Below are positions 50,869 to 59,402 of a DNA stretch of 64,000 nucleotides, one piece after another. The stretch's first letter is position 1. Each line of letters starts with the position of its first letter. The translations under genes were made by a program, and so were the position numbers. Source of the DNA: Parcubacteria group bacterium GW2011_GWC1_36_108 (GTDB taxonomy: Bacteria > Patescibacteriota > Minisyncoccia > Moranbacterales > GWC2-37-73); the NCBI GenBank assembly GCA_000991245.1, contig LBRD01000004.1, forward strand, positions 26,235-90,234, written 5' to 3'. The notes under the pieces are model-generated. The model had not been told where the DNA came from. It made no database searches and saw only the letters and a list, made by a program, of their open reading frames with translations.

Positions 50869-51525
50869 TTACTTTAAATTCTTCAGCACTTCCCTAAAAC
50901 GAAAATATTCATTCAAGCGCAAGCCATCCCATTTCCCTAAAAAGATATTAATTGGAATTGTAATTAAAATCAGCCATGGGAAAGCTACAATGCCTTTTAT
51001 CAATGCTGGCCAACTTGCCAAATAATATCCAACAAGAGAAATTACCAATGTTTCCACCGCCAAAATGAGAGCTGCGCGATTTCCCTTTTCAATTTGAGCT
51101 GCCACAAATTTTTCCACGATCGTAATCATAATCAAAATTGGGAAAATTGAAACTGCAGCTAAACCGGTTCGCTGCATTGCTCCTCCAAAACTAAGCAGCA
51201 TCAAAATTGAAAGTGCAATAATGCTAAGTGTGATGGCCACGCGCGGCAGATACAAAATACGAAGACCTTTCAGTGCAAAGCGCAGCAGCATTCCAACCAA
51301 AATCACCACAATAAAAATAAGAACGCCGTAGCGAAGTTGTGGTACAGCCAAGAAAGCAAAGGTCACGATCGCAGGCGTATAAATACCAAAAGCCTTAATT
51401 CCGATTACCTGACGAAAAAAAGCGATCAACGTTACCACAATTGGCAACATTAAAAGCAAGATAACCGTATCAAGCGGCACACCTTGTGCAATAAAATATT
51501 TAATGAGAGGACTGATGTTTTCCAT
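50869..51525 (-). CDS. 7TM domain protein (type normally fused to an inactive transglutaminase)
   Basis: LLMLP, RQVIGIKAFGIYTP, YLPR, SIFPILIM...E, G.W.GLRL.EY.RF. Confidence 0.85.
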   Translation of the reverse strand: MENISPLIKYFIAQGVPLDTVILLLMLPIVVTLIAFFRQVIGIKAFGIYTPAIVTFAFLAVPQLRYGVLIFIVVILVGMLLRFALKGLRILYLPRVAITLSIIALSILMLLSFGGAMQRTGLAAVSIFPILIMITIVEKFVAAQIEKGNRAALILAVETLVISLVGYYLASWPALIKGIVAFPWLILITIPINIFLGKWDGLRLNEYFRFREVLKNLK

Positions 51526-51600
51526 AATTTTCATAGAGCATGTAACATATAACATGCAACATTAACTCAAAACAATAAGATTACAAATCAAAAAAACGAA

Positions 51601-51698
51601 CTAGAATGCTTTTTCTTTTTTCACTTAAAACAAGTCTCATTGGCGCTGGGTCAAAAGTTGCAATTGTTTTTCTGTGAAAAAAGAAAAATGTATTCTAG
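51601..51698. repeat. Structured repeat family A, copy 3
   Basis: CTAGAATGC...stem...30-nt loop...TGTATTCTAG. Confidence 0.85.
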
Positions 51699-51721
51699 TG
51701 AGCTACAATTAAGGCAAACTA

Positions 51722-52267
51722 TCAACAATTATTTTTAATTTCTCTCATTTTTCTGCTATTTAAATGACATAGTGCTATTGCAATTGCATCAGCGGTGTCA
51801 TCTGGTTTGGGAATCTCTTTCAATTTCAAAATATTCTTTACCATTAGCTGTATTTGCTTCTTTTCTGCCCTACCGTAACCAGTCAAGGCTTGTTTGACTT
51901 GCAGCGGTGTGTATTCAAATATGCTAACACAAAATCTCTCAAGTGTCAAGAGTATAGACCCTCGAGCTTGGCTTACTTTCATTACCGTTTTTACATTCTT
52001 AAAAAAGAACAAATCTTCCACTGCAGCCTCATCAGGCTTATATTTTTCAATTATTTGTTCTAAATCCTTCACAACTTCAAAAAGGCGTTCGGCTGTGCTG
52101 TTTTTTGGTGAAGTTGTGATGTGCCCATAAGCAATTGATGTCACACATCCTTTCTTTTCATCCAAAATAGCCCAGCCAACAATAGCAGTCCCAGGATCAA
52201 CCCCTAAAACTCTTAGAGTTTTAGGGGAATTTTTAATTTTTAATTTTGAATTTTTAATCAATTCCAA
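51722..52267 (-). CDS. ruvC: Holliday junction resolvase RuvC
   Basis: LGVDPG, AVE, QARG, EYTPLQVK, G.G.A.K.Q, PDDTADA. Confidence 0.96.
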   Translation of the reverse strand: MELIKNSKLKIKNSPKTLRVLGVDPGTAIVGWAILDEKKGCVTSIAYGHITTSPKNSTAERLFEVVKDLEQIIEKYKPDEAAVEDLFFFKNVKTVMKVSQARGSILLTLERFCVSIFEYTPLQVKQALTGYGRAEKKQIQLMVKNILKLKEIPKPDDTADAIAIALCHLNSRKMREIKNNC

Positions 52268-52355
52268 ATGATTAAATTTTTAATGTTTTAAACATTTTGA
52301 AATTAAGATTTGATTTTAAATTTCAAATTTTAAATTTCAAATTAATCTATGATAA

Positions 52356-53072
52356 TCAAAGATTATCATAGATTTCTTGCACGTCGTCGTTCTCGTCTAA
52401 TTTTTCTAAAAGTTTTTCGTAATCAATTTTTGATTCAGGATCAAGCTCTGTTTTTTGAATTGGAGCATAAACAAGGTCAGCGCCTTCAACAATAAGACCA
52501 GCCTTGTCAAGATTTTCCTTAACTTTTTGCAAATCTTCTATTTTTGTATAAACAATCACAATATCACCCTCATACAAAGTATCCTCTGCCCCAGCTTCAA
52601 TAGCAGCCATCTCAACTTCATACGGATCTCTGTCGCCAACAGACACTGCGATGTTTCCAACCAATTTAAACATAAATTTCACCCCACCTTCCGCTGCAGG
52701 CTTTCCGCCAGCTTTAGTCAGAATGCTGCGAATTTCACTTCCGGTTCTGTTTCTATTATCAGTAGCAGTTTTAATAAGCATAGCTACATTTCCAGGACCA
52801 TAACCCTCATAAATAAGCTCTTCAATTTCTGCTCCATCCTTGAGCTCACCAGTTCCCTTTTTAATCGCTCGCTCAATGGTGTCTTTTGGCATATTTTCAA
52901 GTCGTGCCCGATCAATTGCCATTTGCAACTTGAAATTCATTTCCGGTTTACCGCCGCCCTCTTTGGCGGCAATCGTAATCAAACGCCCATATTTTGTAAA
53001 AACATTAGCCCTTTTGGCATCATTAACGCCTTTTCTCTGTTTTATCCCTGCCCAATGTGAATGTCCCGACAT
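52356..53072 (-). CDS. yebC: YebC/PmpR family protein
   Basis: MSGHSHW, NMPKD.IERAI, YEGYGPG, TDNRNRT, DDVQ.IY.N. Confidence 0.95.
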   Translation of the reverse strand: MSGHSHWAGIKQRKGVNDAKRANVFTKYGRLITIAAKEGGGKPEMNFKLQMAIDRARLENMPKDTIERAIKKGTGELKDGAEIEELIYEGYGPGNVAMLIKTATDNRNRTGSEIRSILTKAGGKPAAEGGVKFMFKLVGNIAVSVGDRDPYEVEMAAIEAGAEDTLYEGDIVIVYTKIEDLQKVKENLDKAGLIVEGADLVYAPIQKTELDPESKIDYEKLLEKLDENDDVQEIYDNL

Positions 53073-53292
53073 ATTTTTCATGGATCATAAAACATGGAAC
53101 ATTGAACAAAAATGCAAATCATTTTTATCTTGCTTCATGCTATATGCTTTATGTTATGTGATCTATGAGCTAAGTCTACCACCCTAAACTACTCATTTCA
53201 AGCCACAGGCTTTGACAATAACCCTTTTTCAAATTACGATGGACATATCAAACTTGTTATTAATATAACTTACATACAAAAGGAGGTTCGCA

Positions 53293-53490
53293 ATGTCATT
53301 AAAATCACTTTTTTTAGGATTTTTTACCCAAACGCGTTATATCTGCAAAAGCGAACGCAAGGGCGAGAGGTGTGGAAAAATTATTCTTGCTTACTTTAAA
53401 CCCACCGAATGTCCTCTTTGTAAGGCGCCAAGTAATTATATTGAGGAATCTCCCCTCAATATCCACCCTATCAAAAGGAAAAGCGTTTGA
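53293..53490 (+). CDS. Small zinc-ribbon-like protein
   Basis: Strong SD AGGAGGT; YIC...CG and CPLC; terminator hairpin follows. Confidence 0.65.
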   Translation: MSLKSLFLGFFTQTRYICKSERKGERCGKIILAYFKPTECPLCKAPSNYIEESPLNIHPIKRKSV

Positions 53491-53576
53491 AAAAAACTAT
53501 CAACTAAAAGGTGTTGGACTCTTCCAACACCTTTTTCATTTCCGAATGAGTGATAACAACAAGACGGTACTCCGAA

Positions 53577-53725
53577 TTATTTTACCTTAACCTCTGGCAG
53601 CAAATCCCAAATAAGTTGAAAAATAAGTTTCATTGTTTTGTGAATTTCCTCTCCTTCAATAATAAGTCCGATTTCTTCCTTGGCTGACATCAGCGCAACC
53701 TTTTGATGACCATAATTTATTTTAA
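53577..53725 (-). pseudogene. Frameshifted C-terminal fragment of a TrmB-like regulator
   Basis: YGHQKVALMSAKEEIGLIIEGEEIHKTMK (+1 A) LIFQLIWDLLPEVKVK*; no N-terminal part. Confidence 0.55.
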
Positions 53726-53863
53726 TAAAAAAAGAGTGCTTTTAATGATTTTTGCAAGGAAATTACTTTTTTCAAAAATAAGCTCTTGACTGCATATCCA
53801 TAATGACATACACTATCATATTGGCATAAATGCCAAAATTACCTTAACAATAGGAGCTTTACC

Positions 53864-54259
53864 ATGAAAACGAAGTCGATGTTAAAGATTGTGTTTTTTC
53901 TTTTTGTTTCCTTTAGTGCTTTAACGGCGTGGGGATGGAAATCGCCACCATCTGAGGGTGATGAGGAGGTTCTTGCGCAAGAAACCGCTCAAAATGTCAT
54001 TCTTACCAAGGCCAGTATTTACGACAATGTGTGGTACAAATACGCTAATAGTAAAGATGGTGGAGGATGTTTCACGGATTTAACTGCTATTTATACTCCA
54101 GACCCAGACTCTGATTTAAGGGAAATAATCCGAAAAAAAATTCCGGTTGATATCGATTACAGGAAAACTCGCATCTATACTGGACGCTACTGGAGCTATG
54201 AATCAGTTGTGGAAATCAATTGGGCCACAAAAAAACATCCTATCAAAAAAAGATACTAA
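53864..54259 (+). CDS. Secreted hypothetical protein
   Basis: SD AGGAG, signal peptide, downstream terminator. Confidence 0.72.
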   Translation: MKTKSMLKIVFFLFVSFSALTAWGWKSPPSEGDEEVLAQETAQNVILTKASIYDNVWYKYANSKDGGGCFTDLTAIYTPDPDSDLREIIRKKIPVDIDYRKTRIYTGRYWSYESVVEINWATKKHPIKKRY

Positions 54260-54317
54260 AAAGATTTCTGCCAACTTTAATTACACCGTCTCGCGCAAAC
54301 TACGCGAGACGGTTTTT

Positions 54318-56369
54318 TTATTTGAAAATAAAATTAAAAATCATATTCAATCCTGAATTAATTTCAGAAAAAATATTTTTCAAAAATAAAATTGCATAAT
54401 GCTCTTTTTCTGGGATTTGTGGGGTGAAAAAATATATGCCATCAACTTCCCGCACAGCCCGTGTCTCATTCACACGTGGAACACCTTTTAATAATTCAAT
54501 TCTGATATCGTCATTACTGGCTGAAATTAATTTATTTTCTCTCTTAACCTCAACCAACGCAACTGCTTCTTCATAATCACTTTTACCAGTGTTTTGAATT
54601 TCTGATGACAGATGACTGACAGCGGATAACACAATACTTGTTTCTTTTTGATTACCGATTGCTGATGACTGATGACTTTCTGCTTTTTCACCGCCAATCC
54701 ACCCCCAACCACTTTTTATTTTTTCATACACTTCGCCCTCTTTGATCCCCTCAACTTTTTTATATTTCACTTCATATGCAACTTTTCCATCAGGATATCT
54801 GAGCTGAATTTTAGATTTGGTGTTGTTAAGTGTGAAACTCGAAACATCACTCCTGATTTCCTTGGATTTATCTTTTTTAATAATCACATCTTCTCCAATA
54901 GGATGATTAATAAATTTTTTCCAGCCAGTTGCAATACTCCAACCACTCAAATTTATTTTATTTTTTGATTTGTTTTGCACGGTAATATATTCAACTCCCG
55001 TGTCAGCGCCAGTAGGATTAGCGCTGATGGCAATGATTTTTACTTCCGGATGCGGAAATTTTTTAACTTCCACAACAAAATTTTGCAAAACATCTTCGCT
55101 GCCATCAGACAATTTCACGGAGCCATTATATGTGCCAACATTTTCATATTTATGTCTGGTTTTTGCCAAAGAACTTTTGTGTCCATCTCCAAAATCCCAG
55201 CTTATTTTTATTTTATCCCCATCTCTGTCGCCGCTTGAGACAGAAAAATCAGCATAAACATTAGCAAAAACATCTTCATCGATTTTTACTTTTCCATACG
55301 GTTGGCTATTAAAAATGTTTTCTTTCCCCTCTGTTAAAAATTGACTCCAAGACCAAACGCTCCCATCAAAATTATAAGAACGTCCCTTTTTCGCACTGCC
55401 TTCATAGCTAACACTAAAAACAGGAACCAGATCGATAGGGTTATATAGTCCAAGAAATTCTCCCTGCGTGTCATTAAGTGCTAGTGTACATTTTTTGTCA
55501 GCATCATTTTTCAAAGTCAAAAATCTTGAGATTGTGGGATCAATAATATTCCCAGTCAAAGCGCAAGTTTTTCCTGCTCTGTCTTTTAAATACCAACCTT
55601 CCAAATTTTCAGTTTTATCGCTTGAACTATAAAGTTCCACAAATTCTTCCAGCCCAGAGTTTTTCAAAGGAGCAGGAAAAATTTCATTGATAATTATTCT
55701 GTCTGAATATGTTTTTGATTCTGATTCGTTTTTTTCTTCTTCCTCATCTTCCTCTTTTATGCATAATGCTAATTCTTCAGTATTTATAATGGTTGAATTT
55801 TTTGGAAAATAATCAGAAACTACCAAAAAATTATCCTCTACATCTTTTTTTAGAACTTTAGACACCATTAGATTTTCAGAATATAGATGTGATCCAGAAA
55901 AAGAATGTGCATTATTTCCCCATGTTATCGAATCAATAATTTCATCTTCATCAACAAATGCAATGCTATAATTTTCAGAAAGCGTAGCTCCAGTTGATTG
56001 ATCTGATTTGATTGCATTAGCAAAATCAGCGTTACCCCAAAGAAAATACCCCTTAGCACTAATAGTTGTATTCGCAGATAAAACTTTTATAGATGATTCT
56101 GTTCCAGAATTTGTCCTTTTTCTTAATTTCCAACCAGATATATCAATTTCCTCACAACTTGTATTATATATTTCTATAAAATCATCATTAGCGTTAATTC
56201 CCTTGATTTGTACTGCGCTTATTATGGCTGCATTGTCAGCCTTGCAACTATTATTAACAAAAACAAAAAGCGCCACAAAGAGCAGCACTAATGGTGTTTG
56301 ATATTTAAATGATTTTTTAATCCGTAACTGAAAAAAGTCACGGACTTTTTGTTTTTGTCTTGATTTCAC
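54318..56369 (-). CDS. Surface protein with three lamin-tail-like domains and a PKD domain
   Basis: DFIEIYN/EFVELY/EYITVQN, each followed by (I/L)xGW; WDFGDG PKD motif. Confidence 0.85.
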   Translation of the reverse strand: MKSRQKQKVRDFFQLRIKKSFKYQTPLVLLFVALFVFVNNSCKADNAAIISAVQIKGINANDDFIEIYNTSCEEIDISGWKLRKRTNSGTESSIKVLSANTTISAKGYFLWGNADFANAIKSDQSTGATLSENYSIAFVDEDEIIDSITWGNNAHSFSGSHLYSENLMVSKVLKKDVEDNFLVVSDYFPKNSTIINTEELALCIKEEDEEEEKNESESKTYSDRIIINEIFPAPLKNSGLEEFVELYSSSDKTENLEGWYLKDRAGKTCALTGNIIDPTISRFLTLKNDADKKCTLALNDTQGEFLGLYNPIDLVPVFSVSYEGSAKKGRSYNFDGSVWSWSQFLTEGKENIFNSQPYGKVKIDEDVFANVYADFSVSSGDRDGDKIKISWDFGDGHKSSLAKTRHKYENVGTYNGSVKLSDGSEDVLQNFVVEVKKFPHPEVKIIAISANPTGADTGVEYITVQNKSKNKINLSGWSIATGWKKFINHPIGEDVIIKKDKSKEIRSDVSSFTLNNTKSKIQLRYPDGKVAYEVKYKKVEGIKEGEVYEKIKSGWGWIGGEKAESHQSSAIGNQKETSIVLSAVSHLSSEIQNTGKSDYEEAVALVEVKRENKLISASNDDIRIELLKGVPRVNETRAVREVDGIYFFTPQIPEKEHYAILFLKNIFSEINSGLNMIFNFIFK

Positions 56370-56479
56370 CCCGACACCTGTTAAGGATTACTTGATAAAC
56401 AAAAAATAATCTGAATTACAAATATAACAATTAAAAAACGCTAACTTTTTACTATTTCATCCTTTACAGGTGTGGGGGT
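56368..56479. mobile_element. MITE-like element overlapping the GTG start of the lamin-tail gene
   Basis: TIRs ACCCCGACACCTGTTAAGGAT / ATCCTTTACAGGTGTGGGGGT. Confidence 0.65.
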
Positions 56480-56517
56480 AAACCCGAATTTTATTCCCCC
56501 ACTCTGCGAAATAAAAA

Positions 56518-57096
56518 CTACTCTTCTAATTTTTCTTTTAACATTTCCCCAAAATTTTCCGTTTTCTTAGCTTCAGCTTTTTTCTGAAGTTCCATAATAA
56601 TATTTTTCACATGATACGGATCTGACACTGTGCGAAAAACAAATTCGCTTTCTTCTCCAGCGGTTTGCACTCTCACATCTCCATAATTGATAACTGTTGG
56701 CAAAAATCCAACCACTTCGGTTGTGATATCTTGTATCTTTGCAAATCGCAGCTCGCTCACACTGCGAGTGAACATCCCCTTTTGCTCAATATTTATAATT
56801 CTCTCAGTTGTGATGATCCAAATGTCGAAATAATAATCCACCCAAATTAAAAAAGAATAAATCCAAAGAGCTAACACAAAAAAGTTTTCCATAAAGGCAA
56901 CTACTGGCTTATATTGTCCCTTAAACATTTCTGGAAAAAATGCTGGTGCCCAAGAAAGACCAGCTATAAAAATTCCACCAATCAAAAACACGAGAAAGAA
57001 TTGCGTTAGCAAATAAAACCAGTTGCGATGAAGCACCTTCACGATCGACTCGGTGCCATTAAGATCTTTAAAGTGATATTTTGAAAATCCATCCAT
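56518..57096 (-). CDS. Bacterial PH-domain (bPH_2-like) membrane protein
   Basis: ITTERII.IEQKG.F, IQDIT, YGDVRVQTAG. Confidence 0.85.
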   Translation of the reverse strand: MDGFSKYHFKDLNGTESIVKVLHRNWFYLLTQFFLVFLIGGIFIAGLSWAPAFFPEMFKGQYKPVVAFMENFFVLALWIYSFLIWVDYYFDIWIITTERIINIEQKGMFTRSVSELRFAKIQDITTEVVGFLPTVINYGDVRVQTAGEESEFVFRTVSDPYHVKNIIMELQKKAEAKKTENFGEMLKEKLEE

Positions 57097-57220
57097 CCGG
57101 TAGTAGAAATTCGAATGGCCTTTGGCCGATAAAATTTCTTAAATTATATTTTTTATATTAATTCTAAATTTATTTTATTTATTACCTACTATTTTTTATT
57201 TTTCGAATTCTCACTACCGG
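57097..57220. mobile_element. MITE-like element at the start codon of the PH-domain gene
   Basis: TIRs CCGGTAGTAGAAATTCGAA / TTCGAATTCTCACTACCGG flanked by ATCCAT on both sides. Confidence 0.65.
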
Positions 57221-57230
57221 ATCCATAAAT

Positions 57231-57452
57231 TTATAAAATTCCAGCAAAAAGCTGCCTTAAATTAATAGCAGTGAACAGCACAAGATTAGTAAACAAAAGC
57301 ACGCCAGCTACTGGCACGAATATTGCAAGCATTAGCAATCGTGAAAGAAAAGAATACGAATAAAAAACAATATGAAAAATAATAAAAATGCTCATCAAGA
57401 ACATCACAAAAAAAACAAGGTAATATAAAATTTGAAAAATTGGAATTAGCAT
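57231..57452 (-). CDS. Small two-TM membrane protein
   Basis: 73 aa, hydrophobic, with I.FH...Y motif. Confidence 0.65.
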   Translation of the reverse strand: MLIPIFQILYYLVFFVMFLMSIFIIFHIVFYSYSFLSRLLMLAIFVPVAGVLLFTNLVLFTAINLRQLFAGIL

Positions 57453-57524
57453 AAAAATAACTCTCGACTAACAACTTACAACTGATAACTTTTTCATTAT
57501 ACCACAAAAAGTTATTTTACTTTG

Positions 57525-57640
57525 TTTTTTTGTTTGCTTGTTTTCTTTTTGGCCAATTATTGCGACAGCAATTCTTTGAGTTTTTGACCATAGTCTTGGG
57601 TCAAAAACGTGCTCAAAAAGAAAACAAGCAAACAAAAAAA
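57525..57640 (+). repeat. Structured repeat family B, copy 2
   Basis: Homologous to 18147-18260. Confidence 0.85.
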
Positions 57641-57651
57641 CATATCTTTAA

Positions 57652-58704
57652 TTAAACCAGTTTTCTTTGGTTGTCTTCGGGCATATCAATTCCCATGTGA
57701 GCATAACCATGCTCGGTTACCATTCTTCCGCGTGGAGTTCTTGTTAAAAATCCCAATTGAATCAAGAATGGTTCGTACACATCTTCAATTGTTTCGATTT
57801 CTTCAGAAGTGGCAGCAGCAATAGTGGAAATTCCAACTGGTCCACCATTAAATTTTTTAATAATAGTTTCCAAAATAAAACGATCCGTCGGTTCAAGTCC
57901 AAGCTGATCAACATCCATCATCTCAAGAGCCTTTCTTGCAATCGCACTATCAATTGTTTGATGCTCATTGATTTGAGCATAATCCCTAACACGCTTAATA
58001 ATTCTATTTCCAACGCGAGGAGTTTTTCTGCTTGAAACCGCAATTTCTTTTGCTCCACTATCCTCAAGCGGTATTCCCAGAATTTTACCAGAGCGATGAA
58101 TGATACTTTTCATCTCATCTTCGTTATAAAATTCAAGTCGATGAATTGCGCCAAAACGATTTCGCAGCGGATTAGAAAGTGCTCCTAATCTGGTTGTGGC
58201 TCCAATAAGCGTGAATTTTGGCAAATCAAGCTGAAGTGTTCGCGCCGATGGTCCTTTTCCAATAATCACGTCCAATTTATAATCCTCCATAGCAGGATAA
58301 AGAACTTCTTCAATCAATTTATTGAGCCGATGAATTTCATCTATAAATAGAACATCTCCGTCTTGCAGGTTAGTCAAAATTGACCCAAGATCGCCAACTC
58401 TTTCAATTGCTGGTCCAGAAGTTACCTTAATATTAACACCCATTTCATTAGCGATAATATGAGCCAGGGTTGTCTTTCCAAGTCCAGCTGGGCCATAAAG
58501 CAGCACGTGCTCAATAGATTCTCCTCGTTTTTTGGCAGCATCAATAAACATCTGCAAATTTTTGCGGATTTTTTGTTGTCCGACATACTCACTCAAACGC
58601 TGCGGTCTAAGTGTTGTGTCTAAAACAATATCATCTTCTTGTTCTTCAGAGGTAGTAATCATTTCATTGAGCATGGAACATAAATCATGGAGCAAAACTT
58701 CCAC
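57652..58704 (-). CDS. ruvB: Holliday junction helicase RuvB (true start probably 58674 or 58662)
   Basis: LRPQ...[41 protein letters not shown]. Confidence 0.97.
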   Translation of the reverse strand: MEVLLHDLCSMLNEMITTSEEQEDDIVLDTTLRPQRLSEYVGQQKIRKNLQMFIDAAKKRGESIEHVLLYGPAGLGKTTLAHIIANEMGVNIKVTSGPAIERVGDLGSILTNLQDGDVLFIDEIHRLNKLIEEVLYPAMEDYKLDVIIGKGPSARTLQLDLPKFTLIGATTRLGALSNPLRNRFGAIHRLEFYNEDEMKSIIHRSGKILGIPLEDSGAKEIAVSSRKTPRVGNRIIKRVRDYAQINEHQTIDSAIARKALEMMDVDQLGLEPTDRFILETIIKKFNGGPVGISTIAAATSEEIETIEDVYEPFLIQLGFLTRTPRGRMVTEHGYAHMGIDMPEDNQRKLV

Positions 58705-58937
58705 AAAATGTTCCTAAAAAATAATTCATTCTAAACCTTTTCATATATGTTAAGCCAAATTTATCAAAAAAGCTAGTGATATAAATCAGAAAATTTTAAA
58801 AGATTGAAAATACTGAAACAAATACCGTATTCGAACGTATTATTCTATACAAGCAGGCAGTGTGCTGATTTTTTGCATGTTTAGCAATATCTTGGCTCTT
58901 GTTTTATGTTCCATGCTCCATGTTTGCGCAGCATAAC

Positions 58938-58966
58938 TTGACAAGAAAACAAAGCTGTGCTAAGCT
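58938..58966 (+). promoter_or_regulatory. Sigma70-type promoter
   Basis: TTGACA-17 bp-TAAGCT with TG extension. Confidence 0.7.
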
Positions 58967-58971
58967 GAACA

Positions 58972-59175
58972 ATCAAGTGAGAAAGTATTGTTGTTTTCAT
59001 TAACCTGTAGACAGTTGGTGGCTTCTATCTTTTGTCATCAATATCGGTTGCTTTTTTGTCCAGATATGGGTATTGCGGTTTCGGCGGCGGTACACCTCGA
59101 CACTGCAACTTCCCCGGGGGATCTATCTCCCGGGATATGTCTACAGATTAATGAACACAAGTTGCACTTGTTTCC
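58972..59175 (+). ncRNA. 6S-like rod-shaped non-coding RNA
   Basis: TTCATTAAcCTGTAGACA pairs with TGTCTACAGaTTAATGAA; CAAGTG/CACTTG ends; inner GTTGC/GCAAC and GTATTGC/GCGGTAC stems; bounded by promoter and terminator. Confidence 0.65.
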
Positions 59176-59176
59176 G

Positions 59177-59213
59177 AAAAAAACCTTCAAGCTTAGCGCG
59201 AGAAGGTTTTTTA
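59177..59213 (+). terminator. Intrinsic terminator
   Basis: AAAAAACCTTC...GAAGGTTTTTT. Confidence 0.75.
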
Positions 59214-59215
59214 TT

Positions 59216-59397
59216 TTGTATTTTGTATTTCCCTACAACCTAATTCCTAAAACCTATAATTTGTATTTTGTATTTACCTACAACCTAATTCCTAAAACCT
59301 ATAATTTGTATTTTGTATTTACCTACAACCTAATTCCTAAAACCTATAATTTTGTATTTTTGTATTTCCCTACGACCTAATTCCTAGAACCTAAAAC
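59216..59397. repeat. 45-bp tandem repeat x4
   Basis: Unit TTGTATTTTGTATTT(A/C)CCTACAACCTAATTCCTAAAACCTATAAT; fourth copy degenerate. Confidence 0.9.
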
Positions 59398-59402
59398 CTG
59401 CC

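Noticed and set aside
58988-59380. 130-aa ORF on the plus strand
   Set aside because: TTG start without SD; it crosses a terminator and translates the tandem repeat; RNA structure explains the region better
59216-59397. Possible CRISPR array
   Set aside because: Units are contiguous with no unique spacers, and no cas genes are present
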